Origin: Paraspadella gotoi
Taxonomy: Eukaryota; Animalia; Chaetognatha
DNA length: 64,000 nt
Direction: 5' to 3'
Assembly (NCBI GenBank): GCA_051294375.1
Contig: CM119267.1
Span: 23,251,486 to 23,315,485, forward strand
A program made the translations under genes and the position numbers. Positions 12,763 through 25,675 of this stretch are shown here, piece after piece (the first letter of the stretch is position 1; each line of letters starts with the position of its first letter). The notes under the pieces were generated by a model, which saw only the letters and a list, made by a program, of their open reading frames with translations, was not told where the DNA came from and searched no databases.

Positions 12763-14601
12763 ATGGCATCGACGAGCCTTCAACAAAGTCGCGCTCCGCC
12801 CCCTTCCACGAACCCCAATCCCCAACCTGGGCCCACACCGCCCGAGACTCGCGTCGCCGAAGTCGCCAGCATGGAATATCCCTTCTGCCACGACGTCAGC
12901 GTCAAGTACGAGAAATTGACCAAAATCGGGCAAGGCACCTTCGGCGAGGTGTTCAAGGCGCGGAACAAGGAGACGCGGGCGTTGGTGGCACTCAAGAAGG
13001 TAAGTTCTCTTTGGTGGGGGGACTCGGGGACTCAATAAAAGTAATGTTATAACTATGAGTAGGAAATTAATTCTGATGTTGGAAGATATTATGAAATCTT
13101 GGGATTTGGCTGCACGTGGTGTTATATAGTACTAAACCTAAAGAGTCGTGATGCGTAAAAATGAGAATTTTCCCCTTTCGTTCGCAATAAAGCATCGTGA
13201 GATTGATTCTACAATAATATAAACCCAATCTTCATCTTTTCCCGATTTCATTTCTATTTTACTTCCTCCTCCCAGGTCCTGATGGAGAATGAAAAGGAGG
13301 GTTTCCCCATCACCGCCCTCCGCGAGATCAAAATCCTCCAGCTTCTCAAACACGAAAATGTAGTCAATCTACAGGAGATCTGCCGGTCCAAGGCTTCCCA
13401 GTATAACCGGTTCAAGAGCACCTTTTATCTGGTTTTCGACCTGTGCGACCACGACCTAGCTGGCCTCCTGTGCAACGTCAACGTTAAATTCAGCTTGGGA
13501 GAGATCAAGAAGGTCATGCAGCAGCTCCTCAACGGCCTCTACTACATACACAGCAACAAGATCTTGCACAGGGACATGAAGGCCGCGAATATCCTCATAA
13601 CCAGGACGGGGCTGCTTAAGCTGGCGGATTTCGGACTGGCCAGGGCGTTTTCGCAAAGCGTCAAGAAGTCACAGCCTAATCGGTATATGTCTTTAGCAAA
13701 AGGAGGATGTCTTTTAAGTTGAGAATTACCTTTTTGAAAGAGGTAGGGATATGCGTTACTTATTCTCAAAAAACATTGTATATTTGTTGATATAAAGATA
13801 ATGTAACCAAGTTATCCGAGGCTCATACTTTTGCCAGTAAGACATACTAATAAAATTTTCTTTTTCAGCTACACTAACCGCGTTGTCACCTTGTGGTATC
13901 GCCCTCCCGAGCTTCTTCTCGGCGAGCGCAACTACGGCCCCGCCATCGACCTTTGGGGCGCCGGCTGCATAATGGCGGAGATGTGGGTCCGCAGCCCCAT
14001 CATGCAGGGCTCGTCGGAGCAGCACCAGCTGACCCTCATCTCCCAACTCTGCGGTTCCATCACCCCGGAAACCTGGCCGGGTGTGGACAACCTCGACCTC
14101 TACTCCCGGCTAGAGCTGCCTAAGAATTCCAAGCGCAAAGTGAAGGAGCGCCTTTTGCCCTACATGAAGGACCAGCACGCCCTCGATCTCCAGGACAAGC
14201 TGCTTACTCTCGACCCGGCAAAACGCATCGATTCGGACAACGCGCTAAACCACGACTTTTTTTGGACTGATCCCATGCCTCAGGACCTCACGGTCATGCT
14301 CTCGAAACACACCACCTCCATGTTCGAGTATCTGGCACCACCGCGTCGCCCGGGCAACGTCACCGCGGCTCAGATGGCAGCAGCGGCCGCATCCTCGTCC
14401 ACCGCTGGCCAGCCGCAACGAACAACTCGACCCGCGCACCACCAGCACGGCGCGGGGGCCTTCAGGGGTCAAGCGTCGCACGCTGCGCACCCGAGCCACG
14501 CCGGTCACGCCCACCACGCTACGCATTCAGCGTCGGGTCACACGAAATCAACCGCCGGTCATCAGGCGGAATCCACGCAACATTTCGAGAGGACCTATTG
14601 A
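12763..14601 (+). CDS. CDK9: Cyclin-dependent kinase 9
   Basis: Exons 12763-12999, 13276-13682, 13869-14601. [20 protein letters not shown] signature, [27 protein letters not shown]. Confidence 0.97.
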
Positions 14602-15286
14602 GAGAAATCTGTGTTCATCACCCAAAAGTGTGATCCGGAAAATCCCGCAATTTAATCGGAAACGAAAAAATGACAATCTTACGCTGTGATTGGTCGCTCC
14701 CGCTGCCTTCTGTCTTTCCCGCCTTCCTTTCCCCCCCTTTTTTAATCGGTTCCTATGTCTGCGGATTAATTTGCCGAATATAAAACTCCGGCTTGAAATT
14801 ATTAATGTTTCTCACTCCAATGATACTCCTTTTATTTAATCTATTTTTAAATAAAAAAAACCTCTCTAGCTCAATTTCGATTTAGTACGACTAAATGCAG
14901 ATAATTTAAACATTAACGAAGAAATGCGTTTTTTTTTGCCCATTCCTTCCATTCCGTCGTCATTGAACGATTATTAGTGTAGTAGCTTTCGTTAAATTTT
15001 ATTGCCCAAAGATTACCGTGATTCTTGAGAGACGGAGAAAGATTCCCTTGATTGTTCTCGTTCTTTCTGGATCTTTAAAACGTGATGTCTAAATCGGCCG
15101 CCTACTCGACTTTGTCCCTCATACTTGCCTTCTTGCCTTCCAGAGACAAAGATATTCCCTATCAGTGGGAATAAAGACTCTTACGAAAACGAACTTAACC
15201 GAACGAGCCACTCCTAATCAAATCCCTCAAACTTCGACGTTCATTTTTATCCTTTTCGCGTCGCTACCATTCTCACCGCCGCCAAT

Positions 15287-17486
15287 ATGGCCGCCGAGGA
15301 CGTGAAGCCTCCAGCGGCGCAAAAGCTGGAGAAGAATTTCTCCAAGATAGTGCTCACTCTGGAGAACGTCTTGATTCAGGCGGAAAAGGTGGAGACGACG
15401 CCGTCGTCCGAGGACGGCCTCGACGCTGAGACGGAGATGGATCTCAGAATCTTGGGAACCGAACTCATCCAGATCGCCGGCATGCTGCTCAAGTTGCCGC
15501 AAACGGCCATGGCCACTGGTTGCGTTCTCTTCCAGCGGTTCTACTACTCCAAGTCGTTCGTGCGACATGCTATGGAAATCGGTGAGAAGAAAGAAAAATA
15601 TCTTGATTTATATTTTTTTATTAATAAAGATGTTATTGCTCATGTAATTGTACATGTAATTGCTCAATTCGATTTTTCCCTCAGTCGCCATCGGCTGCAC
15701 CAACCTCGCCGCGAAGATCGAGGAAGCACCAAGACGAATCAGGGATGTCATCAACGTTTTTCATCACATTAAACAGGTTAGTTTATTCTCGACTTGAGTC
15801 AAAAAGTGATCGTCCTAAAAATCATTCTTTTCTCGTTTAATTAATCAATTACACCCCACTTTCTTTCTCCTCCTTAAGGTCCGCTCGGGACGCACGATCT
15901 CCCCGCTCGTGCTCAACCAAGACTACATCTCTCTCAAGAACAACGTGATCAAGGCGGAACGACGCGTGCTCAAAGAGCTCGGATTCTGCGTCCACGTCAA
16001 GCATCCCCACAAGATGATCATCATGTACCTGGAGATTCTCAACTGCAAGTCGAACAAGCAGCTGGCGCAAAAATCCTGGAACTACATGAACGACAGTCTG
16101 CGGACAAACGTGTTCGTGCGTTACTCGCCCGAGACGATCGCCTGCGCCTGCGTGTACCTAGCCGCGCGGCAGTTGGAGATCCCGCTGCCCAACCGGCCGC
16201 ATTGGTTTCTTATTTTCGACGCGACGGAGGAGGACGTGCGAGAAATCGCACGCACGGTGCTCTCCCTCTACTCCCGGCCAAAGGCCTCGATCGAACGGCT
16301 CGAGGCCGTCGTCGAAGAGGCCAAGCAACGGCAGATGGCAGCAAAGCAAAAGGCCAAGGAGCCAATCGCAGCGTCGCAAACAGAAATTGGCGCCGGGTTC
16401 TCCCCGGCTTCGAATTCGAGGCCGGCGACGCCAAGCAAGAAGCCGGCCGTCGGAGGTCCCGCCTCCGCGTCAGGGAACGCCGCGACTGGAACTGGCGCGG
16501 CGCCGTCTTCCTCACCTCAGGGCGCCCTTGGCCGCGCCCTCTTACGGCTGAAGAAAGAGAAAGAAGAGGAGGAGGATTCGGCGCCGAGCGAGAATCAAGA
16601 GAACCATCGCCTTCACTCCCGTCACCGCGGCGCTCGTAAAGAGCGAGGCCGGGACCGCGCCGGGCGAAAGCCGCGGCGCCCCGACTCTCGCTCTTCCGAT
16701 TCGAGTTCGCGGTCGACGCCGCCGCGAAAGCAGCCTCACCAACGTTCGTCCGCCGACAGCCGTGGCACACCTACCTCACCTCTCCCTCCAGTCGCCAAGG
16801 TCGCCCCTCCGCCCAGCCCCAAACTGCCCCGATCGTACTCGAGCCCTCGCCTCTCGCGAAGCCCGTCCAACAACGCCGTCGGATCGGCGGGGCCGATGGC
16901 GAGGAGCGATTCGCCATCGCCGAGTCGTTCGCCGAGTCCGAAGCGGAAGAGAAACGCGTCTCCATCGACAAAGACCAAGAGAGACGGCGGCGGGCATCAT
17001 CGCTCTCGCACCGGCGGAGATTCTTATATACTTATAGACGACGATGACGACGAGTTCGGGAAATCCAAGGACCATCGATCCCGGTCGCGAACAGCCCCGG
17101 TCAAGCATCGTAAGGACAAGGACGGCCTGGGCCCGAGGAATACCGATCTGAGTGCCGACGGCGTCGGTGGGTTCTTTCGCGGTCCGGGCGGAGGCGGCTT
17201 GATCAGGCCTCCTCCAAGAAGCCCCTCGCGTTCTCCGATTCGGATGGACGATTATTCGCCGACCTACAAGAAAAAATCCTCCAAAAAGTCCTATTACAAG
17301 GAGAAAGATCGATCGTATAAGACGGAGGAACGTTCCTCCTCTTCCTCCAAGAAAAAGTCTCATCGCAACGGACACTCGAAGGAGCGGGAGCGTTACGGAG
17401 GGCGAGACGGCGATTACATGGGCGTCGGTGGAGCGGGACCCCGGGATTACTACAGGGATGACTTCTATGTCAAGCACAAGCGGTGA
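15287..17486 (+). CDS. CCNL: Cyclin L with RS/SP-rich C-terminus
   Basis: Exons 15287-15581, 15685-15776, 15879-17486. [79 protein letters not shown]-rich tail. Confidence 0.96.
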
Positions 17487-18840
17487 CGAGCTCCGAGGGA
17501 CTGCAGAAAAAAAAACCACGGGATGCGAAAGCGGGGAATCGAACGTGGCCTTCCTGAGAGAAAGAATACCTGCGGACGGAGAGAACGGGCAAAGACGCTT
17601 CCCTACTCCTATCCTCCCACCCTACCCAAATTTACCACTTTCCTCGCGCGCTTTCGTCTCTCCGTTCCTCTTTTTCTCTTTCTTCTTCGTTTCCCCCTCG
17701 TTCGCTTTTCCTCTCCCCTTTTCTTTTAGCTCTCTCCTCCCTCAAACTCCAAGACAGCGTCGCCGACTCTACAGATTCGTCGTTGGGATCAAGGTGATTA
17801 CCCTCTTTTTGTTTTCCCCTTCTTTTTCTTTTGTGTTCATATATATATATATTCTTTTTCCATCTAGATTTCATTTTGATCTTTATATTTAAAACGAGGG
17901 AAGAAAGCTTAACGACTTTTGGCGTTCCGCTTATTTTTCCCCCCGCTTTTCTCTTTTGCAACGACCTTAAATAATTGTAATTTTGGCAATCGACCTAAAA
18001 CAATCGAACCTAACAACTTTTAACTTTTATAGGCCGTTACAAATGAGAAATTTTCTAAAAAGACGACCACTTGTACCTAGACAAGCGGGTCGTTTTATAA
18101 AAAAAAAACTCTTTAGGTACACAATACTGTGTTTATACAAAACTACGTTATTCTTCGATAAAAGAAAGCCGTTTATGCGCGACAAATTTGTTCGCCTGAC
18201 TTTTGCCCTAAATTAGGGTCATTTTTAAATTTTTGGCTTAAACGAAAAAAATGAAACTTTTAAGCCCCGATCATCTGTTTGAAAGGTAAAAAAAAACAAT
18301 TTTAGTTGAAACGATGTTAATAGTATCTATAGAATACTTTTTTTGGTTCAAGTTAATATTCCAATGCGTTTATTAATCATTGGTGCTTTACAAACAAAAA
18401 ACTCATCCATGTCTCTGACTCCATTTGCGTTGCATTGGGATAATAGCTGCCGATGTAAAGTAAATTTACCTTTGAATATATTTTGAAACTATTATTTCAC
18501 GTTTTCGAGTCTTTAACGAAAGAAAGTTTCTTCATCCGTTCTTTTTCAAAACAAGTTGTTATTTCGTCGATGTACTATGTATTCTAAATTCATTTAGTTG
18601 AATTTATCTGAACAAGAAAATAAAGAAAAATTACAAAATATTCAAAAATCTTAGTTCTTATTTCGATCCATAATATATATTTTTTTTATTGGAGGGGTTG
18701 AGGGGGAGGATGGGAGTTTCTGGGGAGGGACGGGCATAACTTGCGATCGTTTGTGCCGTGTATCCGGTCGCCTAATTTTTTTCTGCTCGTTTCCGCCGTT
18801 CGAACCCTCATCTCAACGAGTTTCGTTTCATTTTCGGCAG

Positions 18841-19816
18841 AGCCTCTCGAAACATTGGTTCAGAGCCTCTTCCCTCTGCCAGAAGTCTCTCAAAATGTGT
18901 ACCGCACTGCGCCTTCTGCCCCGGCGCTTCTGCGGCAAGGGCGTTGGCGCCTGCCCCGCTCAGTTCTCCGTCAGTGCATTCGGGGACTGGCGCTAGTATA
19001 AGGGAGTATAACACCAAGTTGATGTATCGTTCCTCCATTTAAAAAAAAAAAAATAAAAAAATAGAGAAGAAAGAAAACGTTTTTCTTAACAAAGGTTCTC
19101 ACTTTATCTTTATGCTCTTAATATCTTTTTCCCAATTTTTTTTCCCTCCCCACCCCCTCCCATTCTCAATTATCACTCAGGTTTTCACTCCGGTGTTCCA
19201 GCATCGATGTGGACCCAAAGATATTGTCTCCGGATATTATTACAGGTGGATAAAAATATATGAAAATTTTGAAAAAGCGATATAGAACTTTTGTATGTTC
19301 GTTTGAAAAAAATGGAAGTTAACGTGTTTACTTTTAAATTTTCAGAATCTGATGTTGATCGGATCTCTGAGATTGGGGCAAGGTGATACTCCTTTTTCCT
19401 CCATCAAAGGTGAGTTAAGAGCAAACGAAACGTGAGAGGCTTAATTGATGTGTTAAAAAACTTTGTTTATTTTTTCTTGCGCTTTTTTTACGCCTATTTT
19501 AACGATATCGTTCAAAGCTCCGATATAAAAAGTTGAGATCTTCGTCATTTTTCGTAATGGAAAGCTAAAAAAACTTTGTTTCATTGGCTCTTATTCAATC
19601 ACTTAGTTTTGAAACGAACCGACATTAATTAAGCTTCTCTTTTCATTGTCTGAGCTGATGCACGATTTTAATTAAAATCAAATTTGTTTTATTCAGAAAA
19701 GGGTTAATTATAAACAATAATTTAATTTACAATTTTATAATTTTATTTTACAGCTCTCCACAATATTGGACACAATCTTGAGGTAGCATATCGGTTATCG
19801 TCAATTGCCATACCAG
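18841..19816 (+). other. Cluster of small exon-like blocks, unidentified transcript
   Basis: Acceptors ending at 18840, 19180, 19345 and 19753, and donors near 19022, 19246, 19410 and 19816. No recognisable family. Confidence 0.35.
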
Positions 19817-20961
19817 GTAACCTCTGAGTAGTAAATCCTGCTGAATTGTTAATGATTTATTGACAAATCAACCTATATCACCTAAAAAAAATTAAATGTT
19901 TGGATTTAAGATTTTTTTGAAATATTATTCATTAAAACTTGCCCATGAAATATAATGAAATGAAAATAAACTCATTTTTTCATAATATTATTATCCTACG
20001 ATGATATTTTTGGACATGAAAATAATTTTTTATATCACTAAATAATCTGCTATTAGCACTCAAGTGATCATTAGGTATGTTTTTTTTTTGTTTTTTAAAT
20101 GGATACATCTTAAGCAGTATAATTGATATTTATATATATGGATATTTTGTTGTTGTATCAATATAACAGGGGTATAAAATCTGTATGAGAGTGTTACCCT
20201 GATTATACATGACATCAAAGCTTAATCAGAATAGGACAATATGCAAATGAGATTGAGGAACTCGATCTCTATTTCAGATAATTCATAAATAAATCTGCTA
20301 AAATCAATTTCCTACTTTTCTTTCACGATTTTTAAGATATGTTTAATGATAAGGACCAACATCTATTTGTGGTTCTGTGTCCGAATTAGGAGTATTCAGT
20401 TTAAATAACTTTTAGGACAATTTAAAAAGTTTTTAATACTTTTAGGTAAATTAATTTTATTTTATTTATATAAGATAAGACTAAAAATTCTTTTTAAGGA
20501 TTTGTAATTTTAAAACCATAAGAGTTGGTTGCATATTGCGTTTTGTTTAATATTTGAAATAAAGTTAAAGTTTTTAACAAATAATAACCCTACGATAAAT
20601 TTATCATTTTTCTTATAAAGTTTATATTTTTTTTTCCAAATAAAAAAATTTGTTTATTTATGTTTGTTTATTTTGACTAGTGTGTTTGACACATTTATAT
20701 ACGCTTTTAAATAATATTTTGAACGCTTTACACATGCAGTTTGTAACCTAACCTAATGACAAAATAGAATTTATATAAAAGTTTTTATCATTTTTAACCA
20801 TTTAAATTTTGTTTTACTATTTATATTAACTATTTATCTTTACTAAAATTGTAAAATTTAAATATGAATTTTAATGAAAAACGTGCGTGAATTTTGAATG
20901 AGGTTTGATTTTTATAATTAACCACATATTACCGAATGGATAAATGTAAATGTAATATTTT

Positions 20962-21195
20962 TATTTAACAGTAGAAGACGTTTGAAATTGTTTTCAACAA
21001 CGATTTTATTGTAGCAAGACGTACATGTTTCGGCTTTAGACATACGAGCCTTCATCAGCGTCAAATTTGTTTGTGAATTTTTTGAAAGCCGAAAAGTACG
21101 TCTTGCTTCAATAAAATCGTTGTTGAAAACAATTTCAAACGTCTTCTATTAATCCAAAACACAACGAAACGAAAGGAAATTCACGATATTTAACA
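20962..21195. mobile_element. Fold-back insertion, Penelope-like pLTR remnant
   Basis: About 65-bp inverted arms (20972-21037 / 21085-21148), a short tail, and flanking direct repeat TATTTAACA (20962-20970, 21187-21195). Contains a hammerhead motif. Confidence 0.7.
21018..21062 (-). ncRNA. Minimal type I hammerhead ribozyme motif
   Basis: GACG-CUGAUGA-A-GGCU(loop)AGCC-GAAAC-AU-GUA^CGUC: full core, 4-bp helix I, 4-bp helix II, palindromic ACAUGU helix III. Confidence 0.75.
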
Positions 21196-22128
21196 ATATA
21201 AAAATATTATTGAAAGTAAGATAAATCATATTTATAACATACATTTTATTTTACATATCCTGCCTGCCAAGTATTAAATAGAACTATTTTTTATCATGAA
21301 GAGTTCTGTAAAATAATTTGTTTTAACCTCCACATACTCAATCTATTTGTATTAAAATTTTAATTAGTAAAGTAGATGCTCTATTTCCAGAAAACATTTC
21401 CCTGCTAAATAAGTGTATAAGTAATAATTGTATTTTTAAAAATATAAAGAATAAATTAAGGTATAATATAAATATGTATTTATTAATGTATTTAATAAAA
21501 TATTTCATAAAATATGTATTTTTAATTTTTTTTTTTAATTTTAAAAATTAACATCATTATCGTCATACTATAATTTTATAGTTCTTATTAATTAATAAAA
21601 CAAAAGTCTGTGTAAAGGTATAAATCATATTTTGTTTTTAACTTTTCAACTGTAAGTCCATTTTAAAATTTTTAAAAAAATATTAATTTTTTTGTATTAT
21701 AATATTTAATCTTTTAATATATAATCTTTTTAGCTCTTAATGGAAATCTGAATATTTTAAAATTTTCGTGTTATTTCTGATATTTTTATATTATTTTTGT
21801 ATTACAGAACTTAGTTTACATGTCTGCTTACTATTTAGTATTACATTTTTATTGTTGTACCAATTTCATAATGAAGCATAAACTTTGCAGTTGCAGCATC
21901 GTATTTTTATTGATCATTTAACTAGCCTTCCAAAAATTATTACTTTGTTCTTGTTTTATATTGCTATTGAATGAAGTTTGCGGTTAATATATACCCAAAA
22001 ATGGTAATTACGCATCTTGTGCGATTTGTGTATTTCTAAATTAAAAATGAGAGCGAGCGAATATCGGCTTAAAAAGTTGCTCCACGAGTAATTGCGGCAT
22101 TTAAAAATCTTCCTCAAAAGCATCTTTT

Positions 22129-22278
22129 TAAGTTAGGATGATTGAGGCAAAATCTTTTTGGTTTACAACGAATTTTATTTTTCATAGAAAAATAAAATTC
22201 GTTGTAAACCAAAACCATTTTGTCTCAATACATATAACAACGAAAAAAGAAAGGTTTTTACCACTAAGTTAGGATGAT
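22129..22278. mobile_element. Short hairpin-plus-tail insertion with 14-bp target-site duplication
   Basis: TAAGTTAGGATGAT at 22129-22142 and 22265-22278 flanks a near-perfect palindrome (about 22141-22229) and a tail ACAACGAAA..GAAAGG like that at 21161-21176. Confidence 0.75.
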
Positions 22279-24088
22279 AAAATCCTTATTCCTTTTACTG
22301 AAATTCGATCTAGCAAATTCTAATCATCATTTTTTTACATTTTTTAAAAGTCTACTAGTTTTTTTTTTGATAAGTCATGAAAAGAAATGTCTTAGCAAGA
22401 GGTTTAAATTCTTTTTATTCTTTTAATTTTAATTTATTTAAGGTTATGCTCGATTTATCTCAACTGAGTATCACAATAAACAATTCAACAGGATATACTT
22501 CTATTATCTGGTTATGGCAATTGTTTTATTCATAAAAAATCAGCTCAGACATTGCTCTTTAAATAATGGAGGAAAAGATATCACGCATCAAATATACTTA
22601 ATCGCTTTTTCATTTCATATTACCTAGACTTTTTTCCGTTAAGTGTAAAAAAGGTGGTCCACATCGATGCGCGGAACGCGGTCGCCGTATCTCTGGCGCA
22701 TATGTATCACAGTTTCAAGTGGTAAGTTTCTTTCGACAATAGCGCGAATTTTTTGAAGCGACTCGTTTTTATACTCCCCTCGCGATTTCTTATTATTGAG
22801 TGTCGTAACGTTGAAGCGAGGAGTCTGAACGTCTTCAACCTCATTCGTCATCATCACCGGCGGGAAGTGATTTTTTTTACGTGGATGGACACCGAGGATT
22901 ATTTGGTATTCTTATTGCGATGAATCTCTTTATTACCAGTTCTTTCTCACCTCCAAGTAAGTTGTGAAAAATTGTCATTTCTTTTGCTAATACGCGCGTT
23001 AAAAGAGAGTAGTAAGACAAGTTCAGCTAGTTAAGATAAGCTAGATGGAAAGTATAGAGTTAGTCGCAAAGCGCGATTGTTTGAAGAGCTATCAAATGAT
23101 TTTCTGCGATTTCGTGACCTTGTTTGGTTTCTCGTCACAATTCAACGGACAAATATATGAACACAATACAATTGGCCAACAATTTAACACCAGTTAAACA
23201 CGTAGTTCTGTCAAATAAAATTTTTCTTACTACTATAAATCTTAATTCATAGTAATGACAAATTGAAGTAATTAAATAACTAATAATACATGAGAAAGAA
23301 ATAAAAAGAGCTCCAAAAGCCTAATAAAAGTTATTGTTAAAATTTTTTTCAAATTTTAGATGATAGGTGGATAAATGGAAAAAACCTTTTAAAAAAATCA
23401 TAATCATTTTTATTATTTGCTAAATAGAATATTCGACCTAACCTTTCAAGTTCAATCGGAATCTATTTAACATTATTTATAGGAGAGAACTTAGTTTCCA
23501 AACTGTTCCGCCTTAACAGATAAATTAATAACATTATAAATAGTCGTTTCAGCAAGAGGATATTCTTTTAGTTCTATCCTAATAAGCTCAGGGTTTTTAA
23601 ATTATATGCAAATTTACGAAGGAGTTTCGGTAAGAGTTGCGAGTAGTATTTTGTCAAGCGAAAATTTTCGATATGGAATGGATCATCAAACTTCGTCGGA
23701 GAAGCAAAGTTTGAGGAAGCGGCGAAACGGGGGATTCGATGGAAAGAATTAATGAAACTATCACTTATTCAATATTCATGTATTGATTGTTGGACAATTA
23801 CTCGGTTGAATCATTTTTTTCCCCTTTGTCACCTCTCCCGCGATTAATTATCACGTCAGCATTTTACGTGTTTTTTTTTTTTTTGTGCTTTTTTCCTTAT
23901 CACCAGCGAGGCTTAATTCTCCCCTCCCCCAAATTTCCAATTCCAAAAATTGGAACCTCGCGACTTTTTTTTTGAATCGAAAAGTCTAACTTGGGCCGCG
24001 CGTGCTCGGTCTTTCTCTTGCTCCTCCTCGATGGAGGCTCCTCTTAAAGACCCGCGATCGGCGTCGCGCGAGAAACTCGATCGTCGTC

Positions 24089-25675
24089 ATGAGCGTCGTC
24101 GTCGGTGACGGCGCCTTCGACTTCGGTCCTCTTCCTCATCATCATCATCATCATCATCATCCCCTCGATTCGACTCATGAAGCCGCCGTCGCGGAAGGAT
24201 TCTCGGTCGATCTGGACAGAGTCGGTTGCGGCGCGGTCGACTTTGACGCCGACGGCGGCGACCGAACTCATCCGGGGATTCGATCCTCGACTCGACCTCA
24301 GGAAAGGCCGGAGATCGACGAGTCTTCGGACGGCTTCGTCGGCGACGTCGACGCCAAGGATTCGGTGATAGACGCGACCAATTCCGCCGTCGACCGCGAC
24401 TCCCCTTCGCCGATACCGTCCTCCATGCAGCTGCAGAACAACCTTCAGTTTAGATTCCTCAATCCGGACGACATAGGTGATAGGCTTATGCATTGAAAAA
24501 ATAATGATTAATTGGCCATTCGTAAAGATAAACATTGGACTATTTATTATGAAAGTAAACTCAAAAAAGTCGATGCATAAATATAAACAAAGAAATACCG
24601 TACACGGTGTACCCTGGTTTTGTTTTTTCGACCAGACGAATTGAAAAGCTTGTGCAAAGAGTGTTTTCCCGTCGAGTATCCCGAGGAGTGGTATCAAGAC
24701 ATCACCAAAGACGATGGGCGGTTCTTCTCCTTGGCTTCCACCCTTAAGGTAAAGTTAAGGCAGGATCTGGTTTTGTGCCTCATTCTACAATTGCGCGTCG
24801 GTCGAGGAATATATTTCTGTTTAGCGAACACAGTGATTTTTCTCTTTGAGATTGAAGGATGCGAATATCCATGGGGATGTCGAAAATCGAACACGGAGTA
24901 AAATTTCTCAATTCATGACTTGATTTTTCCACAGGGAAAAATTGTCGGATTTATTGTCGCTGAGATCAAGACGCGACTGCGATGCAACAAGGAAGATCAA
25001 GACATTCTGTCGACTTCCTACCCTTATTCCACGCCAGTCGCTTATATTCTAAGTTTGGGTAAGCTTTGCTTATTGCATTATATGTTGATAGTCAAGACTG
25101 TCGTTAATTTTTGTTTCTCCTTTCCGCCATTCGCTTGAAAAGGCGTCTCCTGTCAGTTCCGGTGTCGAGGAGTTGGATCTCTCCTTCTGGACAACCTCCT
25201 CTCTCACTTAACCTCCAAGGACCAAGACAACTGCAAGGCCGTTTTCCTGCACGTTCTCTGGTGAGGGGGGAAGGACTTGTTTGTCTATTACTTCTCTTTC
25301 ACTAGTCAAATAAAAGGGATAATAGTTTTACTCCTCTTCCCCTCTTATTGCAGCACCAACGTCCAGGCCATTCGCTTCTACGAGAAGCGTCACTTTTCTC
25401 GTCACAGCTTCCTTCCCTTTTACTACACGATTCAGGGAAAACTCAAGGACGGTTTCTCTTATGTGCTCTATCTCAACGGGGGACGGCCCCCTTGGACATT
25501 ACGCGGGACGCTGGAGCGGGCGGCGGTGACGCTGGCGTCGCTGCGGCCCTGCCGTGTCTCTACCCGCATCCTCTGCCGGGCTAACCAGTGGCTGTGGTAT
25601 CTGATATGCGCCATGGTGTACGGCGTGAAAAAGACCTCGATGAGCGCCGTGGCCATGGGGTGGCAGCGGACTTGA
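24089..25675 (+). CDS. NAA60: N-alpha-acetyltransferase 60 (NatF)
   Basis: Exons 24089-24476, 24636-24748, 24935-25058, 25143-25260, 25354-25675. FPVEYPEEWY.DIT, YILSLGV...FRCRGVGSLLL, AVFLHVL.TN..AI.FYE, FLPFYY.I.G...DGFSYVLY.NGG.PPW. The start could be 24425. Confidence 0.93.

Noticed and set aside
12763-17486. CDK9 plus adjacent cyclin as a linked P-TEFb pair
   Set aside because: The cyclin is cyclin L (the CDK11 partner, with an RS domain), not cyclin T or K
19021-19033. TGTATCGTTCC, complementary to part of U6 snRNA and resembling a U12-type donor
   Set aside because: Only 11 nt, with no U6 body or adjacent C/D box, and it mismatches the GTATCCTT consensus
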